DNA of 64,000 nt from Amoebidium appalachense. Taxonomy: Eukaryota > Protista > Ichthyosporea. Below are positions 36,284-47,800 of this stretch, in pieces (within the stretch, counting starts at the first letter, position 1; each line of letters begins with the position of its first letter). The translations under genes and the position numbers were made by a program. The stretch spans positions 4,492,722 through 4,556,721 of the forward strand of contig CAVNZM010000013.1 of assembly GCA_963693365.1 (NCBI GenBank), in the 5' to 3' direction. The notes under the pieces are model-generated. The model did not search any database and had not been told where the DNA came from. It saw nothing but the letters and a program-made list of their open reading frames with translations.

Positions 36284-37224
36284 AAAAAAAAAAAAAAAGA
36301 ACGCAAACGTGCACAAACTGTACACACACATTCCGTGACATGCACGTCACGTCCATGCACATATACTGACACCACCACCGGCACCACGAGACGCATACGT
36401 ATACATACGTTATACGTACACAAACCGGACAAGCACGCGCACACACATGCACGGGCACACGCACGCACGCACGCACACCGGCACAGGTGCACGGTGTGGG
36501 TGGGCCCCCGACAGTGTCCACGCAATAAAAAGTGTATAAACCCCCATCGATTTCACAGTCTCTCATCATCCATTCACTGATCACAATGAGCTATGATATT
36601 ACGTAACGGAGCTATGCGCTTTGCATGACATTCATGCAATCATGTAGCCGCTTGAGCTCAACCGGCCCGGGGTGAAGAATTTCAGTTCCTAAACCCTACA
36701 TGTCTTTAATAAACGGCACATTCCCCCCCCTAAACTCTTAAGCATACCTTTTTCCCAATATTAATGTTAGCCTTGGCACATATACAACAGCTGCCACCAT
36801 ATCCTACACATAAATTTGTAAAAAAACCCTTCCGGGCGTTGATTTTTGGCTTCAAAAAATCTCCATTTTACAGCATTGAGGCTTGGGCCACGGAGTCGCT
36901 AATCTTATTAGCAAACGGTTACAAAATATCATTGACCGTTTCCGTTCCCGGTATTTTTAGCGTAAATTTTGTTTTTCGGATAAAGGAAGATATAGAATTC
37001 AATCCCTGTTCATTGACTTTTCCCCGGACTCCGACGTCAGGTCAGTTCACGTGTTACCGTCACTTTTTCCTAGCGTAATAGCGAAAAAACATTAATTGAA
37101 TTTATTGTCAACTACTCAAAAGCAAACTCCTGACAAACATAATTCTTCGCTATTTGACTACTGCCGAAATCCCTATTTTTTCTGTTTTTTTTGTCTTTTG
37201 CCTTTTTTTTTACCCGCATCAAAC

Positions 37225-38013
37225 ATGGGTGAGGGCTGCGACGCAGGGCCACTCGAGAATGCCTTCGGAACGGCAGGAGGGGTTGTCCTTGCTTTGTGCT
37301 TGGTGCCACAAATCTACCAAAATATGAAGACGAAATCGACAGATGATCTCTCATATGGCTGGCTAGGAATGTACACCCTAGGGCTAGTGTTCACCTTTGT
37401 ATACATGGTAATGATAGGGGCGCTTGTGGGGTGGATAGGCGTCGCGGTTGAGGTGTCCCTAGCCCTCTTTACGCTTTACTTGAAAGTCTACTATGAGAAT
37501 TTCTACCACAGAAAAAGGAACCATAACAACGATGCTGAAAAAGGAGGAGAAAAGAGTTCCCCGTGTGGGGATTCCCCACGCGAAAGCGTTAAGGCAGCTG
37601 ATGATAAATCACCTGCTTCACTGTTGGCCACGACGGCAATTCCAGTCGTTTCTCCGCAAGACAAGACGTTTTCCGTGAGGCTACCAGAAGATTATCACTC
37701 AAATGTAACACATGTTCTCGAGAAGACAGAAACATGCGTGGGCAACCATTTGAATTCTCTTGGGAAACCTGCGTTGTTTTCAAGCATCTGGTCATCCCTT
37801 GAAAATGGGGCAACTGGAGGAAGGAAGGAGGGAGTTGTCATCACGCACACACACAACGGAACATGCATCACTGAGTTTTCGTGGGACACAAACAGCGTAA
37901 AAGTTTCACTTACAGGGCAACTAGGCCAGGATTCCGCCTTTATTGACTGGCTAGTTTCCGGCCTGAGAGAGGCGGTGCTTGGAGAGAGTGGGAGTCACTC
38001 TGCAGCATGTTAG
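37225..38013 (+). CDS. Single PQ-loop (SemiSWEET-like 3-TM) protein with C-terminal soluble domain, 262 aa, intronless
   Basis: From ATG 37225: GTAGGVVLALCLVPQIYQNMKTKSTDDLSYGWLGMYTLG..YM..V..EV.L....LYLKVYYE is one PQ-loop triple-helix bundle. A polar linker and a ~100-aa alpha/beta-like tail follow. Confidence 0.88.
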   Translation: MGEGCDAGPLENAFGTAGGVVLALCLVPQIYQNMKTKSTDDLSYGWLGMYTLGLVFTFVYMVMIGALVGWIGVAVEVSLALFTLYLKVYYENFYHRKRNHNNDAEKGGEKSSPCGDSPRESVKAADDKSPASLLATTAIPVVSPQDKTFSVRLPEDYHSNVTHVLEKTETCVGNHLNSLGKPALFSSIWSSLENGATGGRKEGVVITHTHNGTCITEFSWDTNSVKVSLTGQLGQDSAFIDWLVSGLREAVLGESGSHSAAC

Positions 38014-38552
38014 ACCATCTGCTCCTTCTCTTTTCCTTTTTTCCCCTTCCCCCCCCCCCCTCTTTTTTTGTTTGTTTGCTGATGTTTCCCACATACTTAA
38101 ATGGTGTAGGGAGTGTGCTTCACGTCGGTTTTTTCTTGCTTGCAAAATTCACAAGAATCGAAGTTGTAAATTAGCAGTACCAATTAGCAGTAGCATGTAC
38201 ATATTGTTAGGTGGTAAGTAGGTCCGGAGTTGTGTTCTCCGTGTCAGCGTTGGACTCAAATGCGCGAAATATACTAACATGTTGTACAGGAGTTATAGGG
38301 GAAAAAGTCTGTAAAGGTTTGAGACCTTTGTACATGTGTTTTGGGAAGAGTTTTGGGAAAGAAGCAAGTACAGGTATTTCTATAGATTCATACATGCAAA
38401 CACTTCCATGTACACACATAACGCTCTGACAAGGGTGTAGTCATAGTCCACCTCGTTTGCACTTATGCACACCCGAAGCAACTTGGCTTTCACATACACA
38501 AACGGTACACCCAATAAGCTCGTGCATATCCACACGCGCACGCGCAAACATA

Positions 38553-38595
<43 letters not shown>

Positions 38596-40990
38596 CACAC
38601 ACACACACACACACACCCTGTGCTGCATACAGGTACATACAAAAGTGTGTACACACGTACACACACACATTGGGGAGCACACTTGGTGGCACACACATAC
38701 ACACACAGACAGACAGAGGCACATGTGTGGTGCGTGCTCCGGGCTGCGCACGCAGGCACACACATTCTTTGCACGGACATTTCAGGCCTAGGGCTACTAG
38801 TAAAACATGCTCCCTCTTATTTTTTGAACTGAATGGCTAAGAGCCGCATGAAACACAAACTAACTGAAGTGATGGGTGCAAAACTAATAATAAATTGGTC
38901 CTACCTTCCCCCCCCTCCTCCTCCCGTCCCCCTCTCCCCATCCCCCCCCCCCCCCTCCCCCCCTCCCTCCCCTCCCCCCTTCCCCCCCCCCCCACCCCCC
39001 AACACCCCCGGGGGCCCCCTGATGTATATTTCGAGACCATGCAAAGTTTGAAGCGCACTGTGTTGGTATTCGTGAGACTGTCGTGGTGCCAACATCTTTA
39101 TCCCCCCTCCCCCCCCCCCTCCCCCCCCCCTATAAGCCCTCCCATCCCCCCCGCCTCCCCACCCTTCCCCTTCCCTCAATCCCTTCCGTAAAATTGTAAA
39201 CTTTGTGGTGCCGATGGTGGGGGGTGGCGTGGGGTGGGGGTGGGGGGGGGGGGGGATGTCGTCATATTTTGGGGTTTTTTGATTGGTGGTTGGCCCAGAG
39301 AGGTATAGCCGTATCTCACACCGTTTTTTTTTCTTTTTTTTTGGAGGGGGGGGGAGGGGGGGGCCTGGGAGGGGGAGAGGGGAGGGGGGGGGGGGGGCAG
39401 CACTGGTTGGGAGGCATTACCGTATTGAAGGATTTTGATTGGTGGTCAAGAGGTATCATCGTATTTCGGGTTTGGGTTGTCTGCAAACAAATGTGTAGCC
39501 CGCATTTCCACACCGTGTTCTAATTACTACACTGACATTTATCACAAACGGTGGGTAGGACTATGTGAATGGGAATGGCCGATTGAATGGGAATGGCCAA
39601 TTGGCTAATCTGCTGGTTTTATTTTTATTGATTTTTCTAACACAATCATTCTATTGGCTGTTGCAGCGATCGCTGAGCTAGGGTAAATGTCGAATATATA
39701 GTTTTTGTTGAAACCATTTCTTTTCCCACATTTGTACAAGTGCTTCAAAGCTTAAAAAAAAAAAAAAACAAGTTTGCAACCGCATATAATCACTTCCCCC
39801 CCCCCCCCCCCCCCCCCCCCCCTTCCCCCCGCCTGGCCCCCCCGCCTGCCCCCCCCCCCCCCCCCCCCCCGCCTCGGCCCCCCACCCCCCTTCCCCCCTC
39901 CCTCCTCCCCCCCCCCCCCCCCCGCCTGGGCCCCCCCGCCTCCCTCCCCCCCCTCCCCCCCCCCCCCCCCCCCCCGGACTCCCCCGCCCCTTCCCCTCTC
40001 TCCTCCCCGGTAAAAAACAGCTCACCCCAGGCCAGCTCCCCCATCCCCGAAACCCCCGCATGTTTACTAAGTGATGTCGCGCACGGATGGCAGAAAAGCT
40101 TGTCACCTACCCCCTCGAAACAAGAAAGGAATAACAAATTAAATCGCCGGAAAGGATTTCGGATATATGAAATGGAAACTTCGAATTCAGCAAGTCATCT
40201 GAAAGAAGATGTGTATTTCCGGGATGTCCAAAACCTAAAATGAAGAAATGAGAAAAAATAAACAACATAACTTTTTGCCGAAGTAAATGGGGCAATGAGT
40301 GAGTACGTTTCGTATACAAACATATAGAATAGTTTTCGAATGATAAAGAGCATGTGTATTGCTGACGTCGACCTAAGAGCTGTTTTATGCACACACACCT
40401 ATTTCCTTTTCAGCTTTTGATATGAGTCCTGTTTCTTCTATTAATCAAGAATTTTTTCCCTTTCTTCTTCCCCCCTCCCCCCCCCCCCCCCCCCCCCGTT
40501 CGTCTCAGTTTCTCTTTTTTGTTCTTTTTGGGGAGGAGGGCGGGGGGGGGGGGGGGGGGGGGGGGGGACGTATACGATGTATAATGACAATCTTACAGCT
40601 GCTGCACCTATTATTCACATCACCATATGTGCATGTCTCTTAACACACGAAGACGTGGCACAAATCTCCCCCCCCCCCCCCCCCCTCCCCCCCCCCCCCC
40701 CCCCAACCATGCACCAACCCGCCCCTTTTTGGTCCCTCATTAATCTCAGCTCCATGGCTATGCATGTCTATTGATGGGCCAGTAGGCCAAGAACACGGTG
40801 TTACCCTAGGCCTATAGCTAGCTAACAAAATTTGAGTAATATGCTTGCAACAGTGCAACTCGAAAGGTTTCTTATTTTCTGTTTAATTTTTTGGGTTAGT
40901 TCGGGGTTACGGTACGTGAGTTGACAATGTGTGTCACGGTGTGTGTGTGCTGTGTGTCCGTGTGTGTGTCCGTGTGTCCGTGTGTGTGTG

Positions 40991-41053
<63 letters not shown>

Positions 41054-41081
41054 CGTGTCACGGGGTGTGTGTGTGTGTGTG

Positions 41082-41132
<51 letters not shown>

Positions 41133-41568
41133 GTGTGTGTGTGGGTATGTGTGCGTGTCACGGTGTGTGTGTGTGTGTGTGCGTGTGTGTGTGTGTGTGT
41201 TTGTGTGTGCGTGTGTGTGTGCGTGTGTGTGTGTGTGTGTGTGCACGTGTGTGTGTGTGTGCTTGTCACACAGTGTGTGAGTGTGTGTTTGTGTGTGCGT
41301 GCGCGCGAGCCCGTGTGTGTGCACGTGCTGGTGCGGGTGCGGGTGAGATAGTAGTACGGGTTTGGGCGCGCTTGCGCGTGCGCGTCATGCACGTGTATGT
41401 GCGTGTTCGTTTGTGTGTACGTGTGGGTGCTTGTGCGCTCTTTTGTGTGTGCATGTTTGTGTGTATAGGCGTGGGCGTGCGCGGTTATGCGGGCGTGTGT
41501 GCATGTGGGTGGGGTGTGCATTTTTTTTTTTTTTTTTTTTATTTTTTATTTTATTTTATCACGTTTTG

Positions 41569-41601
41569 TTCCCGGAGGCCTTTTCAGGCCCTCTAGGGAA
41601 A
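41569..41601 (-). other. 3'-terminal stem-loop of the LINE
   Basis: TTCCC-TA-GAGGGCC-TGAAAA-GGCCTC-C-GGGAA on the minus strand, just before the poly(A). 3' stem-loops are typical LINE RT-recognition signals. Confidence 0.6.
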
Positions 41602-41841
41602 CTACCGTCTACCACACAGCACCGACAGTACACTAGTTAAGGTGCTATCTATGAGTTCAGCTAAAACCATCCTTCACAACCTAACTATAAGTACACACTT
41701 TGCCCAGGGCTACTACCCCAGCCACGCCGGCAGGAGGCTCCAGTCCTCCCCTCCATTCAAAAACCTAGCAATAAACGTTAACCGAGGGCTCTCATTGGTC
41801 GATCTACAGTATTGGGAAGTCCTAGGTGTTGTGTATAATAT

Positions 41842-44800
41842 TTACGGTGGGTATGGGTGGATGATGGGGTGTGGTGGTGGTGGTGGTGGGGGGTTGCTGC
41901 CTAACATTATGTGTTGGTGTACGTATGTTGTGGCGATGTTTTTGTGGACTAAAAGGTGGGTTTTACAGGGCACACCGGGTCTGTGGGTGTTCCGGCATTC
42001 AGAACAGGCCGGCCGGGTGTGTGTGGGGGGTGTATTTGTTGGTTTTTTGGGTTTTTGGAGAGCCATACTTTTCTTTCTACGGGTGGTGGGTATATGGTGG
42101 TGTTTTTGCATTTTAGGGTGGGTGGGGGGGAGTGTTGTGTTCCGTGGGTGCCAAATTTTTGCAAAGAAAAAGGATTGCAACTCTACTGTGATTTTTCCTA
42201 AGATGGCCCGGGTGGTGGTCTTGGTGGTGCCGGTGGCTGCAAGTAGTGGGCCCACCGATCGTGGGCAGAATCCCCGTTCGACCCACTTGGTGTCTTCGGG
42301 GTCAGGTGGGTCACCGTTGCCTCCTATCCAGTTTATCCATGCACATTGGTCTACCACCGTGGCTGCCGTATGGTGGTGCTGTGCCGTGGGGGGGGGGGTG
42401 TTTGGATGACGAGTGTGCAGGACGTTGTGGATGCAGGCTGTGATGGCGGTGGTCAGGGTGGGGACTTCCCCGGCATGGGCCGGGCAGGCCCAGAGGTGGG
42501 TGGTGGTCTCAGGGTGCTGGCTGCACCGGGGGCATGTGGGCTGTGTAACGACGGTGGGGTGATCTCGGTGTAGCCGTGCCATGGTAGGCAGGGTGCCCAT
42601 GGCCAGGGACAGGCTACGAGTGTTTCCTCTGACTGCCCCGATGGTTGCCTGTGTGGGCCCCTTGTTGAGCTTGAGGGGGTTCCGTTCGGCTGGGAGCAGT
42701 CTGGGGTCGGCTAGTATGGACATAGCCTTGGTCTTGCCGGCCATGTCGGTGAGGAAGTCCTTGTTCAACCGGTTCAGTGTACCGGGAATGTTGCCGGGGA
42801 TACGGTGGCCTTGTAGTCGTAGGAAGTATTTCCCCCCCCCCCCGGGGCCGGAGGTAGGGGGGGGGGAGGGGAGGACTCTTCCTGCATTGGCTGCCTTGTC
42901 TGCCTCGTTATTCCGTTGACCGTACCGTTTGGTGTTGGATTGGTGCCCCTTCACCCACGATACCTGTACAGAGCCTGGTTGCCGGAGAGAGAGTTGGTCT
43001 CGTACGTGAGCCCATTCCACTATGTGGGGGAACTTTAGCTTGCGTCGAGGGGGTGTGGTGGGGTCTATATTTGCCGTCCATCGGTCGACTACTCCGAGGT
43101 TATCGAGCTTGATGTGGATGGGGGTGGTGGTGGGGGTGAGCAGGAGGGCTAGTAGTACCCCTGTGAGTTCGGCTTGGGTGGATGATAGGGCCGTATGGAG
43201 CCTGGTCTTGGCCGTCACTGGAGGTGCTTTCCGGTCCGGGGTATCCAGTGCCGCCCCGGCTCCGGCCTGGGCTATCCTCCTGCCCGGGTGGATGAGGCTG
43301 CCGTCCGTATAAACGGTGATCGGTTGGTCTGGGGGGATCAGGGTGATTTGCTGCTGCCACTCGTCATAGGTGGCCTGGGGCACCAAGTCGGTGTAGGTGA
43401 GCCTACGGGGAGTGGGTGGGCTCGGCAGGTCAGCCGGGTGGGCCGTGCACTTGTGTCCTGGTGGTGACCCTACCGGTGGTGGCTGCTGGGGGGGGGGTGG
43501 GCCGGGGAGGTCCCCCGGTAAGGGTGTGGCTTCCTCGTTGGCTTGCAGGTGGAGCATCTGGGGTGATGCCTGTTGGTGGGGGGGAAGATGCCGCCGGAAA
43601 TGGTGTATCTTCCTCCACTGCTCGGCCGGATCGGAGCCATCCTTCAGTGCGATGACTTGGTAGATGTCGATACTGTCGGTGTTGATGAAGTCCTTGTGGT
43701 ACTTCGGGACTACCATGTGGGTGGTGATTCGGGTCTTGAAGGCCACGTAGGGGTCTGCCCGTATCACCTCCACAGCACGGGTCCACCCCACACACTGCTT
43801 GTTGTGGGTGTGATTATCGGCTGGGGGCTCAGGGGGCTCGTATTTGCTGTTGGTGCTGTCGGTGTTAGAGTCCTCTGAGTCGTCGGAGTCGTCGCTGGGC
43901 CCCGTCGACTCCGATTCTGGCTCCGTGTCTAACCCTTCCCCCTCTCCGTCTGCGTACCCGGGGTTGGGGGAGAGGGTGGCCGGGGTGTAGGCTAGGTTCC
44001 ATGGGGAGTGGCCGTATTTGCAGTCACCAGGGCAAAAGCGGAAATGGGCTGTTCCATGTGGGTCGTTCCACGTGGGTCGGTGCCATCTCAGCCCCTCCTC
44101 CTCTGTGTTGTCCCGTAGATGGGCTATTTTGACCCAAGCCTCCCCGTTGTGGGTGGTGTGGGCCACCACCTGGCTGAGTTCGTATTGCCCGTTCTTGACT
44201 ATTTCCACCACGAATGCACCGACGGGGTGGTTTGGCACGAGGTCAATGGTGTGGTGGGTGTGTGGTCTGGGTGCTGGCCGTAGTTTGTCTGCGATGGGGA
44301 TGGCCCCCTTGATGATGGACCTGTACCACTGTGTAGCTCCCGGGTGTAGTAGGTCTGGGGGGTGGGGCAGTTCGGGGAACGCCCGGAACACCCCCGGCCG
44401 TACCATGGTGTCCTCCACCGTGTAGAGTTGACGGGGGTGTGTGTGGGGGCCGATGTGGGCCGCAAAGGTGTGGTCCGGGAAAACGGTGTTGATAGGGGTG
44501 CTGGTTGTTGTTGCTGCTTCCCCTCCTTCTCCTTGGGGGGAGGGGGGGTGGGGTGGGGGTGCTTGTGTTTTTTGGGGGAGGGGTTTCCCCAATACTCAGG
44601 TGCCGCTCGTGAAGGATCCCCGTGATATGGGCCCAATAGTTGTGGAGCTGCTTTCCCCCTAGCCTGTAAAGTTTGGCTGGGGGTGCTTGCAGGGGTGGGT
44701 AGGGTAGGCCTGTCGCGTGTTGCTGCTGCCAGGCTCGGTACCGGACCACGTCCCCTGCTGGTCCTGGTGTTTCCAGCAGGGCACACAGCTCCGTAACCAT

Positions 44801-47800
44801 GGTGCTGGCTGCTGATTCGACGATGCTGGCCAGTCCCCCTAGAGTGGGATGGTGTAGCAGCCCGGACGGGGTGCTCCGGTGGAAACCACACTTCCGACGG
44901 AGTAGGTCTCTCCACTTGCTGTCGATTGCCTGCATGGTGGTGTTGCTGATGACTGACCCTTTGAGGAGGAAGAGGATGGCCGGGGCCACCACACTGTTGG
45001 CTACGTAGATCACTTGGCTGGGTGCCAGCATTTTACGGGCTAGTATGGTGGTGGCCCGTAATGTCAGCTGCATGGCCTTCCCATCGTTGGGCCGGGTGTG
45101 TCGTTGGAGGGTGATGTTGACCCCTAGCACTCTGATGTTTGCATCGGGGAGCTCGATCTGAATGGGTAGGGGTGGTGCTCCCGGGGATTTGCGGTACTGC
45201 ATGGGGGCCACTGTTGCCCGTGTTGGGGTACCACGGGCGAGGACTGAAAACTTGTCTGGGTGTGGTTCCAAGTCATGGTAATAAAAAAAGGGGGCAGATA
45301 AATCGAGAGTTTGCTGGATGCTCTCCTTGTTGGGGCCAAACCATGTTGTGTCGTCGGCGAAAGCTACAGACGTCACACACGGGGGTGTTTGTGCCGGTGT
45401 GTGGTGCTGTGTCTGTGGGGGTAGGTGGAAAGTGTACCCCTTGCCGTGCCTTTTGATGGCTGTTAAAACTGGATCGTAGAAAATAATCCACAGAATGGGG
45501 GAGAGGACAGCCCCTTGGGCCAGGCCGTTTTCAACAGGGAAAGACTCAGTGTGCCCCTGGTCTGTGCACACCGTGGCCGTACGACTGTGCCACATGTGCC
45601 GGAGGAGGGTGATTAGCTGGGGGTCTGTGCCCAGGCGGGTGAGCCCCAGTTCCACCGAGGGCCAAGACACCGTGTCATATGCCCTCTTAATGTCCTGTTG
45701 GACGATCCATAGTTCCTGGTCGTGGTCTATGGCATCCTCTATCGTCTCTCGGATGATAGCCAGCGCCCCGTCGATACCCGGGCCCGGCACGAACCCAAAA
45801 TTCCCCCCCGGGAGGAGGGTGGGGTACTGCCGGAAGATCGAGAGTAGGCGCTGGTTGATGACCGATTCTAGCAGCTTCCGTGCCGTTTCCAAGAGTGCTA
45901 TCGGTCGGGTTTTGTCGAAGTCACCTTCCCATTCCCCTTTCGGTAGGGGATGGATGGTGTGGTGCAGCCATGACCTCGGTGTGGTCCCCGTGGCCAGACA
46001 TCCGTTGATGATATGTAGGAGCCATGCTAGCCCCTTTGGCCCCAGGTGTTGGAAGTATTCGTACTGGATTTCCGTTGGGCCGGGGGCCTTCCCCCCCTGT
46101 CGGCTTTGGACGATCTGTTGGAGCTCGTCGTGGGTGGCCGGGTGCATTATAGACCCTAATGGGGAGTCTTCGGGGGGGATCGGTCGATAGATGTCGGCCC
46201 ACATTGGGTCGGCGAGCATCTCCTCGATGTGTGGGTTCCTGCGGGCCGTCCACCGGTGATAAGTTTCACGAATGACGGGCTCCGTGTCAGCCCACTCCGT
46301 GAGGTACTCAGTGCCCGTTGGGGTGACGTGCTTGACTAACGTAGCCGAGACGTTCACACTCCCCCGGTCTAAAATGCTGCTTAGTGCTCGCCGGAGTTCG
46401 TCCACCATACGCTTGCACCGTGCTTCTGCTGCTGCTGTTGCCCGTAACCAAAGGAGTTTTTGCCGTTTCCTTCGGAGTTGGGACCTGTATAGTTGTAGTT
46501 GCTCCCGCATGGTTGCCTCCCACTCCTCCCACTGCCTCCCTGTCTGAGACAGGTGGGCTGCTGGGGGGGTGGGGTGCTGCTGCAGGGTGGGTGACCCGTG
46601 CCGCGCCTGCTGGCCAGGGTTGCACTCTGCTGCTGTGGGCCGTTGCGGCTGCGTGGGTGTGGTCTGTAGCTGTTGGTTGCCCGTGGGTGGCCCTGGCAGG
46701 GTCTGCAGGCGGGGTGGCCCCTGCTTTGGCTGCCGGTGTGGGCTGCCTGCTTGGGCTTCAGCCTGCGGCTGCTGCTGCTGGCTTGGTTGCTCCTGTTGGT
46801 GCTGTCGGCTGGGTGGCCCGTGCTGGGCCTGCCGGCCGGGGCTGCAATCTGCTGCTGCATGCAGCTGCTGCAGTGTGGGTGTGATTTGTTGCTGCTGGCC
46901 GGGTAGCCCATGCAGGGCCTGCAGGCTGGGCGGCCCCTGCTGTGGCTGCCGGTGTGGGCTGCCTGCTAGGGCTGCAGCCTGAGGCTGCTGCTGCTGGCTT
47001 GGTGGCTCCTGTTGGTACTGTCGGCTGGGGGGGCCGTGCTGGGCCGGCCGGCCGGGGCTGCACACTGCTGCTGCAGGCAGCTGCTGCAGTGTGGGTGGGG
47101 TCGGTTGCTGCTGGCTGGGTGGCCCCTGCTGTGGCTGCCGGTGTGGGCTGCCTGCTGGGGCTGCAGCCTGAGGCTGCTGCTGCTGGCTTGGAGGCTCCTG
47201 TTCGTGCTGTCGGCTGGGTGGCCCGTGCTGGGCCGGCCGGCCGGGGCTGCGATCATGCGGCAGCTGGTGCAGTGGGGGTGTGGTCGGTTGCTGCTGGCTG
47301 GGTGGCCTTGGCGGGGCCTGCAGGCTGGGTGGCCCCTGCTGTGACTGCCGGTGTGGGCTGCCTGCTGGGGCTGCAGCCCCTGGCTGCTGCTGCTCGCTTG
47401 GTGGCTCCTGTTTGTGCCGTCGGCTGGGTGGCCCGCGCTGGGCCGGCCGGCCGGGGCTGCAATCTGCTGCTGCAGGCAGCCACTGCAGTGTGGGTGTGGT
47501 CGTTTGCTGCTGGCTGGGTGACCCTGGCAGGGCCTGCAGGCTGGGTGGCCCTTACTGTGGCTGCCGTTGTGGGCTGCTTGTTGGGACTACAGCCTGAATC
47601 TGCTGCTGCCAGCTGGGTGCCTCCTGCTGGTGCTGTCGGCTGGGTGACCCGTGCTGGGCCTGCCGGCCGGGGTTACCCTCCGCTTCTGCAGGCAGCTGCT
47701 GCAGTGTGGGTGTGGTCGGTTGCTGCTGGCTGGGTTGTTCTGGCAGGGCCTGCAGGCTGGGTGGCCCCTGCTGTGGCTGCAGGTGTGGGCTGCCTGCTGG

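Noticed and set aside
39678-40378. Possible TIR element
   Set aside because: The terminal match is short and gapped and no convincing TSD is present.
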